A stretch of DNA of 64,000 nt. It comes from Kiritimatiellia bacterium (lineage in GTDB: Bacteria; Verrucomicrobiota; Kiritimatiellia; RFP12; JBMNHG01). Positions 1 through 9,125 of this stretch are shown in pieces. The stretch lies in NCBI GenBank assembly GCA_050950285.1, contig JBMNHG010000002.1, forward strand, positions 630,654 to 694,653. The letters are read 5' to 3'. A program made the position numbers and the translations under genes. The notes beneath the pieces are model-generated. The model did no database searches, had not been told where the DNA came from, and was given only the letters and a program-made list of their open reading frames with translations. Position 1 is the stretch's first letter, and the number at the start of each line of letters is the position of its first letter.

Positions 1-823
1 CGATGCGCGCCTGCGCGTCGTCCCACTCCTCGATCGCCTCCACCGAGGGGAAGGCATGGCCCCGGCCCTGGTAATAGGCCTCGAAGCGCCGCACCGCCTC
101 CTGCACCCGGCGGCGTTCGAAGCGCTCGCCGGCGTTCACCCCGATAATCCGGCGCAGCACGTCGTCGGACGGCAGGTCGGGAGCGTCCAGCCGGATATAC
201 CCCACCTGGTAGACCGGCCCCTCGTGGAGGATCGGCCAGGTCAGGCGGAAGCCGTCCAGCCCCTCGACCCACTCCAGCACCGGATCCCCGATCTCCGCGG
301 CGGCATGCCCCTGCCGATGGTAACAGGCGTACAATGCGCTCCGGTCGCCGGCGAGGTCGGCGTCCATCACGGCGTCGGTCCCCAGCCAGCGCGACCAGGG
401 CGCAGGCTTCGGACGCACGCGCAGGCCGCGCCGCAGGTCGGCCGCGCCGATCGCCCGGCAGCCGCTGAAACGCACCTGCTTCAGCCGGCCCTTGCGGCCC
501 AGGGTGCTCCGCAGCAGCAAATTCTGCCTGCCGTCATGCAACGGCTCGCGTTGCCACTCCACGCGCGCCTGCGGGTAGTGGCGGCGGCGGCAGGCGTCCC
601 GGATGCGGCCGGCCGCGGCATCGGCCGCGGCGTCGTCCAGCGGCGTCCCCTCCGGCAGCGCCGCCAGCTCGATGGCCTTGGCGTGCGGGAAGGGCAACGC
701 GCCTTCGAGGCGGATGCCAGCAAGCGGCTCGCCCGCGAACACCGTCGCGGCCGCGAGCAAAAGGGAAAGGGCTGCCCCCCAAAGAGGGGACAACCCTTTC
801 GCTCTGGCGTTTCCGCCTGGCAT
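1..823 (-). CDS. POTRA-domain Omp85/BamA-like outer-membrane protein, 5' part (runs off the window edge; absent from the ORF track)
   Basis: Manual translation from ATG at 823, 3 nt after the adhesin stop: MPGGNARAKGLSPLWGAALSLLLAAATVFAGEPLAGIRLEG..., which has a signal peptide and POTRA-like patterns (KQVRFSGCRAIGAADLRRGL, DRSALYACYHRQGH, HEGPVYQVGYIRL, GERFERRRVQEAVRRFEAYYQGRGHAFPSV). No stop before base 1. Confidence 0.75.
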   Translation of the reverse strand, partial: MPGGNARAKGLSPLWGAALSLLLAAATVFAGEPLAGIRLEGALPFPHAKAIELAALPEGTPLDDAAADAAAGRIRDACRRRHYPQARVEWQREPLHDGRQNLLLRSTLGRKGRLKQVRFSGCRAIGAADLRRGLRVRPKPAPWSRWLGTDAVMDADLAGDRSALYACYHRQGHAAAEIGDPVLEWVEGLDGFRLTWPILHEGPVYQVGYIRLDAPDLPSDDVLRRIIGVNAGERFERRRVQEAVRRFEAYYQGRGHAFPSVEAIEEWDDAQARI

Positions 824-826
824 GGC

Positions 827-3595
827 CTAGAACTCGAACGCCATGATGGCGCGTCCAAGGATCGTCTCCTCGGTCGAGACGGCGACACCGGCGTTCACGA
901 AGACCCGCTTCTCGGCGAGCTTGCCGACGCCGAGGCGGTGCGTGGCATTCACGCCCAGCGCGCCTTCGCTCTCGTAGAAGCCGACGCCGGCGTTCACCAG
1001 GGTGCGACCGGGCTCCGAGGGAGTCGCCAGCGTGGCGAGCGTCGCCGCCGCCGCGATGCCGGCGTAGGCCTTGTCGCGGTAGTCATGCACGCGGGCGTCC
1101 AACTCGCTGATGGCCGCGCGGTTTTCCAGGATCATCGTGCGGTTCTGGGCGATGTTGGCCGAGTTGCGCGAGACCTGCTTCTGGACCTTCTTGAGCTGGT
1201 CCATGTTGGCCGCATCGGTGCCGTTCACGCCCGGTGCCACGTTGGTGATGCGGCGCTCGGAGCCCGGCGCGCCGACGCTGACGGTGTTGTCCTCGGTGGC
1301 GACGCTGCCGCTGCCGAGCGCGACGCTGTTGTCGCCCTGCGCCTCCGCATAGTTGCCGATGGCCACGGAGTGGGCACCGGATGCCCTGGAATGTGTGCCC
1401 ACCACCAAACTGTGGTCGCCATCGGCCACGTTGTCAATGCCGAAGGCCACGCTGTGGTACTGATTGGCACGGTTGTACAGACCAAAGGCCACGCTCTCCT
1501 CGCCATTGGCCTGGTTGAACGAGCCCACCGCGGTTCCCAGGACGGTCGGAGCCTTGTTCCACGCGCCAACCGCCACGCTGTACTCGTCACCGGCCTCGTT
1601 ATACGAGCCCACCGCCACGCCGTAGTCACCGTAGGCCTCGTTATCGGTGCCGAGCGCTACGCTATCGTCGCCATAGGCCTCGTTGTACGTGCCTACCGCC
1701 GCGCTGTATTTGCCGGCGGCAGTGTTGGCCACGCCCACCGACGCGCTGTCCATGGCGTCCTCCCCGGTATAGTTGGCCGAGCCGACTGACGCGCTCCCCT
1801 TGCCCTCGGCCTTGTTGTACAAGCCCACCGCCGCGCTGTAGTCGGCTACGGCGTGGTTGTCCCAGCCCATCGCCGCGCTGAACTCACCTTCGGCAGTGTT
1901 GTACGTGCCAACCGCCGCGCCGGCCTCACCCTTGGCAGTGTTGTACGTGCCGACCGCCGCACTTTCGAGCCCGGAGGCCTTGTTGCCGGTGCCGAAAGCC
2001 GCACTCTCCTTGCCCGAGGCGGTATTGTCCGCGCCCACCGCAGAGCTTTTGTCACCGGTTGCATCGTTGTATGTACCGACCGCCGAGCTCTCCACGCCGG
2101 AAGCCTCGTTCTCGACGCCAAGCGCCACGCTCTCGACGCCGGTGGCATCGTTGTCCGTGCCCATGGCCGCGCTGTAGTCGCCGGATGCCTCGTTGCCGGT
2201 GCCGAAAGCCGCGCTCTCCTTACCCTTGGCGGTGTTGTCCGTGCCCACCGCCGCGCTCTCGTCACCCGAGGCCTTGTTGGCCCGACCCAGCGCCGCGCTC
2301 TCTTCGGCCGAGGCGGAGTTGTACGAGCCCATCGCCGAGCTGTATTTGCCGGACGCACTGTTGCTGTCGCCGACGGCCGAGCTGTTGTCGGCCGAGGCGG
2401 TGTTATCATTGCCCATCGCGGAGCTCGATGCGCCTTCCGCTTTGTTCCCGTAGCCCATCGCCGCGCTCTCGTCGCCCGAGGCGGTGTTGTCATTGCCCAT
2501 CGCGGAGCTCCGGCTTCCGGATGCCGTGTTCTCGGTGCCGACGGCCGCAGCCCTGTATCCGGAGGCGGTGTTCTTGAAGCCCAGCGCCGTTGACTCGCCG
2601 GAACTCGCCGTGTTGTTCGCACCGGCGGCAAAAGAGTTGGCGCCCGAGGCGGCGTTGGCTTTGCCCACTGCCGTGGCGCCACTCGCCGATGCCTCATTCC
2701 CTCTGCCCATTGCCGTGGCATCGGCACTCGTGGCCTTGTTGCCGGCACCCACGGCCGTTGAATAGCTAAACGTGGCCTCGTTATCGTTGCCCAGCGCCGT
2801 GGCTTTATAGTCGGCCTTGTTATTGGCTCCGGCAGCCAGCGCATTATCGCCATCGACGGCGTTGTTATAGCCTAGGGCCGTTGACCCATCCGAACCACCA
2901 AATGTCTCGCCAATCACGTTGCCGGAGCCGACCGCCGTTGCGTTGTCGCTCCAGTTGATGGTGTTGGCCTTGCCGACCGCCGTGCTGTCGGCGCTGTCGG
3001 CCATCATCTGCTCGTTACCGATCTTGTTATCGAGACCAAAAGCGGAGCTTCCCTCGCCCTTGACATAGTTGTCCACGCCGACCGCCGCGCTGTTGTCGCT
3101 CGCGGCCTCGTTGTCCGTGCCCATGGCCGCGCTCGTCTCGCCCGAGGCCTGGTTGCGCACGCCCATCGCCGCGCCATCCTTCTTCGAAGCATGGTTGCGA
3201 GCTCCCGACGCCACGCTGTTTTCGCCGTCGGCATCGTTGTTGAAGCCCACCGCCGTGCTGCCCGCGCCGGTGGCGCTGTTGGCATTGCCCGCCGCTGTCG
3301 AGTTGGCGCCCGATGCTTCGTTTTTCGCGCCAACGGCCAGCGTGTCCGCAGCCGTGGCAGCGTTCGCCGAGCCGACCGCCGTGCTGTTCTCGCCGCCGGC
3401 CTCGTTGATCGGGCCGATGACGACGCTCTTGTCGCCGTCGGCACTGGACTGGTAACCGATCGCGACGGCATAGTCGCCTTCCGCCGTGGTGCCGGTACCC
3501 TGCTCGATCGACTGGTCACCCAGGGCCAGGACATGCCCAGCCATGAACGAAAGGGCCACCATGCCCGCCAGAATCCTCTTGGTTGTCCTGTTCAT
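827..3595 (-). CDS. YadA-family trimeric autotransporter adhesin
   Basis: Signal peptide, dozens of ~14-aa head repeats (S-A-A-V/M-G-x-x-N-x-A), neck motif VSVG...RRITNVAPGVNGTDAANMDQL, coiled stalk, and anchor GIAAAA...MAFEF. AAGGAG upstream favours the ATG at 3595 over 3619. Confidence 0.93.
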   Translation of the reverse strand: MNRTTKRILAGMVALSFMAGHVLALGDQSIEQGTGTTAEGDYAVAIGYQSSADGDKSVVIGPINEAGGENSTAVGSANAATAADTLAVGAKNEASGANSTAAGNANSATGAGSTAVGFNNDADGENSVASGARNHASKKDGAAMGVRNQASGETSAAMGTDNEAASDNSAAVGVDNYVKGEGSSAFGLDNKIGNEQMMADSADSTAVGKANTINWSDNATAVGSGNVIGETFGGSDGSTALGYNNAVDGDNALAAGANNKADYKATALGNDNEATFSYSTAVGAGNKATSADATAMGRGNEASASGATAVGKANAASGANSFAAGANNTASSGESTALGFKNTASGYRAAAVGTENTASGSRSSAMGNDNTASGDESAAMGYGNKAEGASSSAMGNDNTASADNSSAVGDSNSASGKYSSAMGSYNSASAEESAALGRANKASGDESAAVGTDNTAKGKESAAFGTGNEASGDYSAAMGTDNDATGVESVALGVENEASGVESSAVGTYNDATGDKSSAVGADNTASGKESAAFGTGNKASGLESAAVGTYNTAKGEAGAAVGTYNTAEGEFSAAMGWDNHAVADYSAAVGLYNKAEGKGSASVGSANYTGEDAMDSASVGVANTAAGKYSAAVGTYNEAYGDDSVALGTDNEAYGDYGVAVGSYNEAGDEYSVAVGAWNKAPTVLGTAVGSFNQANGEESVAFGLYNRANQYHSVAFGIDNVADGDHSLVVGTHSRASGAHSVAIGNYAEAQGDNSVALGSGSVATEDNTVSVGAPGSERRITNVAPGVNGTDAANMDQLKKVQKQVSRNSANIAQNRTMILENRAAISELDARVHDYRDKAYAGIAAAATLATLATPSEPGRTLVNAGVGFYESEGALGVNATHRLGVGKLAEKRVFVNAGVAVSTEETILGRAIMAFEF

Positions 3596-3816
3596 AACGA
3601 CTCCTTCTTTGCTCTTCATGCTTCACGGAAGCTGCATCCTGGCAACTCCCCGACAAAAAATCATGCCCGGCACATGCACCACCCGGTGCATGCCGACACA
3701 ACCGCTTGCCCTGTTGTTGTCCGTACCATACGAAACATGACGCCGCCAGGCAACACCGATTTTCCCGGTTGCGAAGCGTGGTTTGGACTGGCTTGCGCCT
3801 TAGGTCTCGTGGCGGC

Positions 3817-3846
3817 ATTATGCGGGAGGCGCCGGGGCGTTGTCAA
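3817..3846 (-). promoter_or_regulatory. Candidate sigma70 promoter for the adhesin/Omp85 pair
   Basis: Minus strand reads TTGACA-18 nt-CATAAT, about 220 nt upstream of the adhesin start. Confidence 0.45.
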
Positions 3847-3931
3847 CCTCTTCCTCCCTGCCGGAAAGGGGCAAGTTCAAGGGACATGGGACGAGGGAGG
3901 CGGGAGGCGGCCGCCGGCGGGCTCCCGCCGG

Positions 3932-4435
3932 CTAGACGAGCCATGCAAGCGGCAGGAGGAGGGCGGGTGCGAGCCGCCAGGGCTCGATGGCGCGGGTGGC
4001 GAAGAGTCCCGCGAAGGAGGCGAGGGCCAGCCCGCCGCCCGCCCACGCCGCAGGGGCCGGCGCGTGGAAGGAGAGCAGTCCCAGCGCCAGCGCCGAAAGC
4101 CCCGCCACCAGGCGGTCGCGCGAGGCGTGCGGAAGCGGGGAGGGATGGCCGGGGGTCACCGCGAGGCCGAGGGAAAGCGCGGCAAGGAGTTTCGCGGCGG
4201 GGGAGCCTTCGAGCCTCCCCCACGCTTCGCAAAGGCGTCCGGGCAGGTCGCCGCCGTGCGCGAGAAGGAGCCCCAGAAGGGCCAGGGCCAGCCCGCCGAA
4301 GGCGAAGCGGCGGGCGAAGCGCCACGCCACCGGGCGGAGCACCTCTTCGCCGCAATAGGGGCACGCCGCGGCCTTCCGGGGGGCGGGACGGCCGCACGAG
4401 ACGCAGACGGGACAGGTGTTCTTCGACGGGGTCAT
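3932..4435 (-). CDS. Hypothetical membrane protein with an N-terminal zinc-ribbon-like motif
   Basis: MTPSKNTCPVCVSCGRPAPRKAAACPYCGE followed by several hydrophobic segments. Start is uncertain. Confidence 0.6.
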   Translation of the reverse strand: MTPSKNTCPVCVSCGRPAPRKAAACPYCGEEVLRPVAWRFARRFAFGGLALALLGLLLAHGGDLPGRLCEAWGRLEGSPAAKLLAALSLGLAVTPGHPSPLPHASRDRLVAGLSALALGLLSFHAPAPAAWAGGGLALASFAGLFATRAIEPWRLAPALLLPLAWLV

Positions 4436-4551
4436 GGGCGAAGGGGCCGGGAAAGACGACGCGCGGATGGTGGCATTTCCCGGGACGGCTGTCGAGAAGG
4501 CTTTGACCCTGGCGCGCGCGCCGCATGGCACGGCGGAGCGCGAGGCGGCGG

Positions 4552-4573
4552 AAAAAACGGCGCGCCGTTTTTT
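4552..4573. repeat. Perfect 22-bp palindrome AAAAAACGGCGCGCCGTTTTTT, possibly terminator-like
   Basis: Read directly; lies about 40 nt downstream of the stop at 4614. Confidence 0.55.
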
Positions 4574-4613
4574 TCGCGGCGCGCCGTTCGTCGCGGGGGT
4601 TCCGCGGACGGGG

Positions 4614-7600
4614 CTAGAACTCGAAGGCGCCCCAGAGGGCGGGCTGCATCATGAGTTCGGCCACTTCGTCGGCGACGATGCCGGTGGCCTGGTTGGCCCA
4701 GTAGACGCGGAGGACGGTGTCCTTCCCGGCGGGGTCGCCGAAGGTGGCGCCGATGTCGCCCTTGAGGCGCAGGCCTTCCGCGGGCTCGATGCCGAGGGTG
4801 GCGAGCGGGACGGAGGCTTCGACCACGTAGCCGCCGTCGTAGGTCTCGACCTGGACGGCGACGTCGTCGAGCGGCTTCACGAGGTCCATGGTGTAGCCGT
4901 CGCGCCAGACGCCGGAGAAGAAGGTTTCGGGGGCCTTTTCGTCGGAGACCCTGCGGTAGATCACGGCCACGTTCGCGCCGCCGTGCGAGCCGATCGAGAG
5001 GCGGAAGTCGCCGGCGGCGGCCTCGCCGCGCTTCACGTCGGCGCCGGGATCGGTGCCGAGCTGGAAGTCCACGGTGTCGCCCATCGCGTACATGTTCTTG
5101 ACGCTGGTGGCGCCGTTGATCCACGGGGTGGCGTCGGCGACGCGCCAGGCGAGGTAGAGGCGCCCGGCGCCGCAGGCGATCCAGGTGCGGATGCGGGCGT
5201 TGGGGGGGCCGAACTCGGCGAAGGCGGGGCCGAAGTCGTTGTCGGGGTTGAGGCTGAAGACCACGTCCTTGCGGGGGACGGAGGCGACCCTGGCGGACTC
5301 GGCGACGCTGAGGTACTTGACCTTGAAGGTGTTCGCCAGGGTCTGGTCGTCCTCGTCCATGGAGAGGGTGCCGGAGGCGAGGCGCTTGTAGGTGTCGAGC
5401 CCGGCCAGCTGCATGTTGATGAAGGCGGTCTTGCCGGCCTGGACGAAGACGCGGCCGTCGGTCGTGCGGACGAGCGATCCGCCGAAGTCCTCGGCGCCCA
5501 TGCCGGGCGGGATGTTGTTCATGTTTGCGCCGGGGACGGCTTCGTCGGGCCACTTGATCTTCATGGCGTCGCCTTCGAAGAGCTTGCCGATGTAGTAGCC
5601 GGCATCGTTCACGAGGTGCCATTCGCCCTTGTCGGTTCCGATCACGAAGACGTTGCCGAGCGGTTCGGGCATCTTGATGGTGCCGACGTAGTCGTAGGCG
5701 GCGCGGATCATGCCTTGCTTGGCGGGCGGCGCGCTGTGGCCGCCGTGGACGCCCACGTAGTTGCTCGGGTAGGCGGCGACCTTGCGGCCGGTGGCGATCT
5801 CGAAGCAGGGGATGTCGGACGATTCGAGGCCGTAGTGGGCGTTGTAGATCACGAACCGGCCGTCTTCGGAGACGATGTTCTTCTGCGCGCCCATGCCGCC
5901 GCGGCCTTCCGCCTCCCGGATGGCGGAGTCGGGGAGGCGCCGGAGCCGGCCGACGTCGTACTCGGGGGCGCCGCAGGGCGACCAGCCGGTGACGGCGATC
6001 ACGTAGTTCCCGCCGCAGAAGGTGAGGGCCTGGTTCATGGGCATGTACCAGCCGTCGATCCATCCGCCCATGTCGGGCAGGAAGCGTTCCTGGACTTCGC
6101 CGGGCTGCTCCTGCTGGTCGTCGTTGGCGTCGGCCCACACGCGCAGGCCGCTGGCGCCGCCTTCGTGCACGACGCCGTCCTCGGACGCCATGTGCGGCTC
6201 GCGGGGCAGGCAGGTGAGCCTGGTGCGGAGGCGCCAGTCGCCCGGGCCCAGGCGCTCGTGGATTTCGACGGGGAAGTGGGGCGCCCAGCCGCCGCCGACG
6301 GCGACGAAGACGCGGCCGTCGGGGGCCTGTCCGAAGCGGGCGTTGTGCCAGCGGCCGCGGGAGACGACCGCCACGCACTCCGCGAGGCCGGTCTCGGGAT
6401 CGAGCTTCCACTCGCAGTTCAGGCCGACCATGGTGTAGGGGTCGGTCGGGCAGATGGCGCCGCCGCCGGCGCCGTAGTGGGTGGGGCCGAAGAACTCGCG
6501 GAGGAATCCGCCCGTGGCGGCGTCCCACTGCGAGAAGCGGCGGGGCTTGTCGTCGAACTCGGAGACCCACAGGCGGCCCCGCGCGTCGATCTTCATGCCG
6601 CCGATGGCGAGGAGGCCGTCCTGCTGCCACGGTCCGGTGAGGGCGCGGCCGCCCTCGCGGCCGATCGTGCGGGCGAGCTTGCCGCCGGTGTAGACCCTGA
6701 CCTGGTTGACCGGGGCGTCGAAGCCGACGTAGACGTTGCCGTCGCGGTCTGCGGCGATCGAGCGGGCGCCGGGCCCGAGGCCTTCGACGACCTTGTCGAG
6801 CGCGTAGGTCCCGGTGTCGACGACGTAGGCCGAATCGCCGGCCACGAGGTAGAGCCTGCCGTCCGCGCCCAGGCAGAGCGAGCCGGGGTTCGCGACCGGG
6901 ATTTCGCCGATCTGCCTGCCGCTGGCGGCGTCGATCACCATCACGACGTCGCCGGAGGGCTGGGGCTGGCGCCAGCCGCCGTTGACGGGGCCGAAGGAGA
7001 AGAAGAGCTTGCCGTCCGCGACGGCCATGCCGCTGCCGGCCATGCCGTAGTGCGGGACGTCGGCCCCGTCGGGGATGTAGGGGGCCATGAGGGGCGACAT
7101 CCCGAGGACCGCCGTGTCGGAGCCGTCGAAGTTCGCGTACTCGCCCCTGGCGGCGTCGAGGCGGTAGACCACGTTGCCCTGGCCGAGGTCGTAGACCAGC
7201 AGGTGCGGGCCGTCGACCGCCACGATGGACGCGCCGCCGAAGCCGCCGCGCTTGTGGCGCCACTGGACCCGGCCGTCGTAGTTCACGCACACGACCGCCT
7301 GGCCGGCCTCGGAGCCGGTCCAGCCGAGGTAGATGCGTTCGGCGTCGCAATCGACGGTGTTCGGGTTGCCCTGGTCGCCTCCCCAGTTGCCGCCGGGGCA
7401 GTCGTAGGGGGCGGAACCGGCGTTCGCGGCCCATCCGACGAGCTTGAGGTCGAGCGCCTTGCGGTAGATGGCCTCCCACGTGTACTCGCCCGTCGCGACG
7501 GGGTCGCCGTAGATCTTGGCGTTCTGGTTGGCGAGACCGTCCCAGAGGACTTCGTGCTCGCCCTTGGCGAGGAATTCGGCGTTGAGGAGGTTGCGGACGA

Positions 7601-8579
7601 CGAAGCCGTCGGCGTTGCGGATGACCAGCGAGACGAAGCCGTCCTCGGGCATGTCGAGGGTGATCGGCTTGAAGCCTTCGAGCTTGTTCTCGACGTAGAG
7701 GCCGTTCCAGTTGACTTCGGGGAGGCCTTGCCCGTCGAGCGAGACGGGGAAGGTGCGGCCGTCGGAGAGACGCACGGGCAGGGGCTTGCGGTCGCTTTCG
7801 CCACCCAGCTTCACGGGGCCCCAGAGCGGACTCGCGGAGAAGGCGAAGACGCGGTCCGGGGTCACGCCGGGACGGAAGAGGTCTTTGGTGGTGATGCGGA
7901 GCTTCGAGCTGGTGCCGAAGTTCGGCTCGTAGGTCATGATGAGGGTGTCGCCGGCCTTCGGGGTGTAGCCCTCGGGCGCGAGAAGCGTCCACGGGATGGA
8001 GATTTCCTGCGTGTAGCCGGAGCCGTCCTCGTTCACGCGGAAGGCCTGCCGTGCGCCGAGATCGAGCAGGTTCCTCACGCCGCCTTGGTCGAAGTTGCGC
8101 CCGTAGGTGCAGGAGATGCCGTCGCGGCCGTCGCGGCCGCGCCAGGCGTCGATGTGGGTGCAGCGCTCGGTGGCGGTGCCGTTTCTGGCGGCCTGGCCGG
8201 TGGCGTCGAGGATGATGCGCACTTGCAGGCAGTCGCCGGCGAAGCCCATGTCGGAGCCGAAGAGGCCGGGATTGTTCAGGGGGGTCGTGTCGATCCAGCG
8301 CGAGAGGAGGTAGAGGTTCTCGTCGTCGTACGCGGCGCACTGCCACGAGGCGAACTGGTCGCGGTAGTTCTCGACGTCGGAGCAGATCAGCATCGAGCCG
8401 GTGAGGTCCCAGTCCTCCCAGCTGCCGTCGACCGTGATGGGGGCATCGGCGCGGAAGACCTTGTATCGGGTGTGCTCCGTCTCCGTCGCGAAGGACGGGA
8501 GGGCGGCGAGGAAGGCGGCGGCGGAAAGGCCGAGCACGGCGTTCCGAAGCCGGCCGGATATCGTAGCGGGAAGGCGCAT
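4614..8579 (-). CDS. Large secreted protein: CBM9/DOMON-like sugar-binding domains at both ends, FlgD-like Ig domain, NHL/beta-propeller core
   Basis: Signal peptide; PITVDGSWEDW...AAYDDENLYL; VSLVIRNADGFVVRNLL...GEHEVLWDG; IAADRDGNVYV and IDARGRLWVSE repeats; C-terminal LYLAWRVAD...GYVVEASVPLATLG. AAGGAG precedes the ATG at 8579. Confidence 0.7.
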   Translation of the reverse strand: MRLPATISGRLRNAVLGLSAAAFLAALPSFATETEHTRYKVFRADAPITVDGSWEDWDLTGSMLICSDVENYRDQFASWQCAAYDDENLYLLSRWIDTTPLNNPGLFGSDMGFAGDCLQVRIILDATGQAARNGTATERCTHIDAWRGRDGRDGISCTYGRNFDQGGVRNLLDLGARQAFRVNEDGSGYTQEISIPWTLLAPEGYTPKAGDTLIMTYEPNFGTSSKLRITTKDLFRPGVTPDRVFAFSASPLWGPVKLGGESDRKPLPVRLSDGRTFPVSLDGQGLPEVNWNGLYVENKLEGFKPITLDMPEDGFVSLVIRNADGFVVRNLLNAEFLAKGEHEVLWDGLANQNAKIYGDPVATGEYTWEAIYRKALDLKLVGWAANAGSAPYDCPGGNWGGDQGNPNTVDCDAERIYLGWTGSEAGQAVVCVNYDGRVQWRHKRGGFGGASIVAVDGPHLLVYDLGQGNVVYRLDAARGEYANFDGSDTAVLGMSPLMAPYIPDGADVPHYGMAGSGMAVADGKLFFSFGPVNGGWRQPQPSGDVVMVIDAASGRQIGEIPVANPGSLCLGADGRLYLVAGDSAYVVDTGTYALDKVVEGLGPGARSIAADRDGNVYVGFDAPVNQVRVYTGGKLARTIGREGGRALTGPWQQDGLLAIGGMKIDARGRLWVSEFDDKPRRFSQWDAATGGFLREFFGPTHYGAGGGAICPTDPYTMVGLNCEWKLDPETGLAECVAVVSRGRWHNARFGQAPDGRVFVAVGGGWAPHFPVEIHERLGPGDWRLRTRLTCLPREPHMASEDGVVHEGGASGLRVWADANDDQQEQPGEVQERFLPDMGGWIDGWYMPMNQALTFCGGNYVIAVTGWSPCGAPEYDVGRLRRLPDSAIREAEGRGGMGAQKNIVSEDGRFVIYNAHYGLESSDIPCFEIATGRKVAAYPSNYVGVHGGHSAPPAKQGMIRAAYDYVGTIKMPEPLGNVFVIGTDKGEWHLVNDAGYYIGKLFEGDAMKIKWPDEAVPGANMNNIPPGMGAEDFGGSLVRTTDGRVFVQAGKTAFINMQLAGLDTYKRLASGTLSMDEDDQTLANTFKVKYLSVAESARVASVPRKDVVFSLNPDNDFGPAFAEFGPPNARIRTWIACGAGRLYLAWRVADATPWINGATSVKNMYAMGDTVDFQLGTDPGADVKRGEAAAGDFRLSIGSHGGANVAVIYRRVSDEKAPETFFSGVWRDGYTMDLVKPLDDVAVQVETYDGGYVVEASVPLATLGIEPAEGLRLKGDIGATFGDPAGKDTVLRVYWANQATGIVADEVAELMMQPALWGAFEF

Positions 8580-8847
8580 GGGGTTCTCCTTGGTGGGTGG
8601 CGAAACAGAAACGGACTCGAACAAGCAATGAAAACTAATGGTACGTGAAAACGGGGCGGGAGGTCAAGGAGGCGACGCTTCCGAAAACGCGGACCAAGCG
8701 TAATCGGGGGGATCGGTTGCGACAGGGGGTAGCGGGGCGAGGCGAACGCGTGTCGCGTGCGAGCGCAACCGGGAGCGTGGGCGTCCTCGCCCGCCCCGTG
8801 GAAGCCTCGTGCGATCCGGATGCGCGGCCGGCCCCCCCTATTTAGGG

Positions 8848-8893
8848 GAGGCTCTTGCAAGACCGAGCCGGACGACACGGAGGTCGTCCCTCC
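8848..8893. repeat. REP-like intergenic hairpin element (GGACGAC-ACGGAG-GTCGTCC-CTCC)
   Basis: Imperfect palindrome. 8848-8887 matches the reverse complement of 28406-28445 at 37/40 positions. Confidence 0.65.
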
Positions 8894-9125
8894 ATCCGGC
8901 CGGCCCGCCGGGGACGGCGGTCCCCAGGGGCAAGGGGTTTTGCAAGCGCCTCAGGGGGAATACGCGCATCGGGCTTTTGCACGGCAGTTGTCGCGGCCGG
9001 GACGCCCGCGCTCCCGGAATCTTCTTTTCTTCTTTTCCTTTTCTCGCCCCAAATGGTATGGTGGTTTCAAAGATGGCAGCTGCCTGTTGGCAATGGTTGC
9101 CGGAGGCGGACGCCGGGAGGTTGCC

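Noticed and set aside
765..800. Hairpin GAAAGGG...CCCTTTC read as a terminator after the adhesin
   Set aside because: It lies inside the signal-peptide coding region of the next gene and has no clean U-tract. An attenuating role cannot be excluded.
1500..3500. Periodic repeats as a CRISPR array
   Set aside because: They are degenerate coding repeats of the YadA head, with no constant repeat plus unique spacers and no cas genes.
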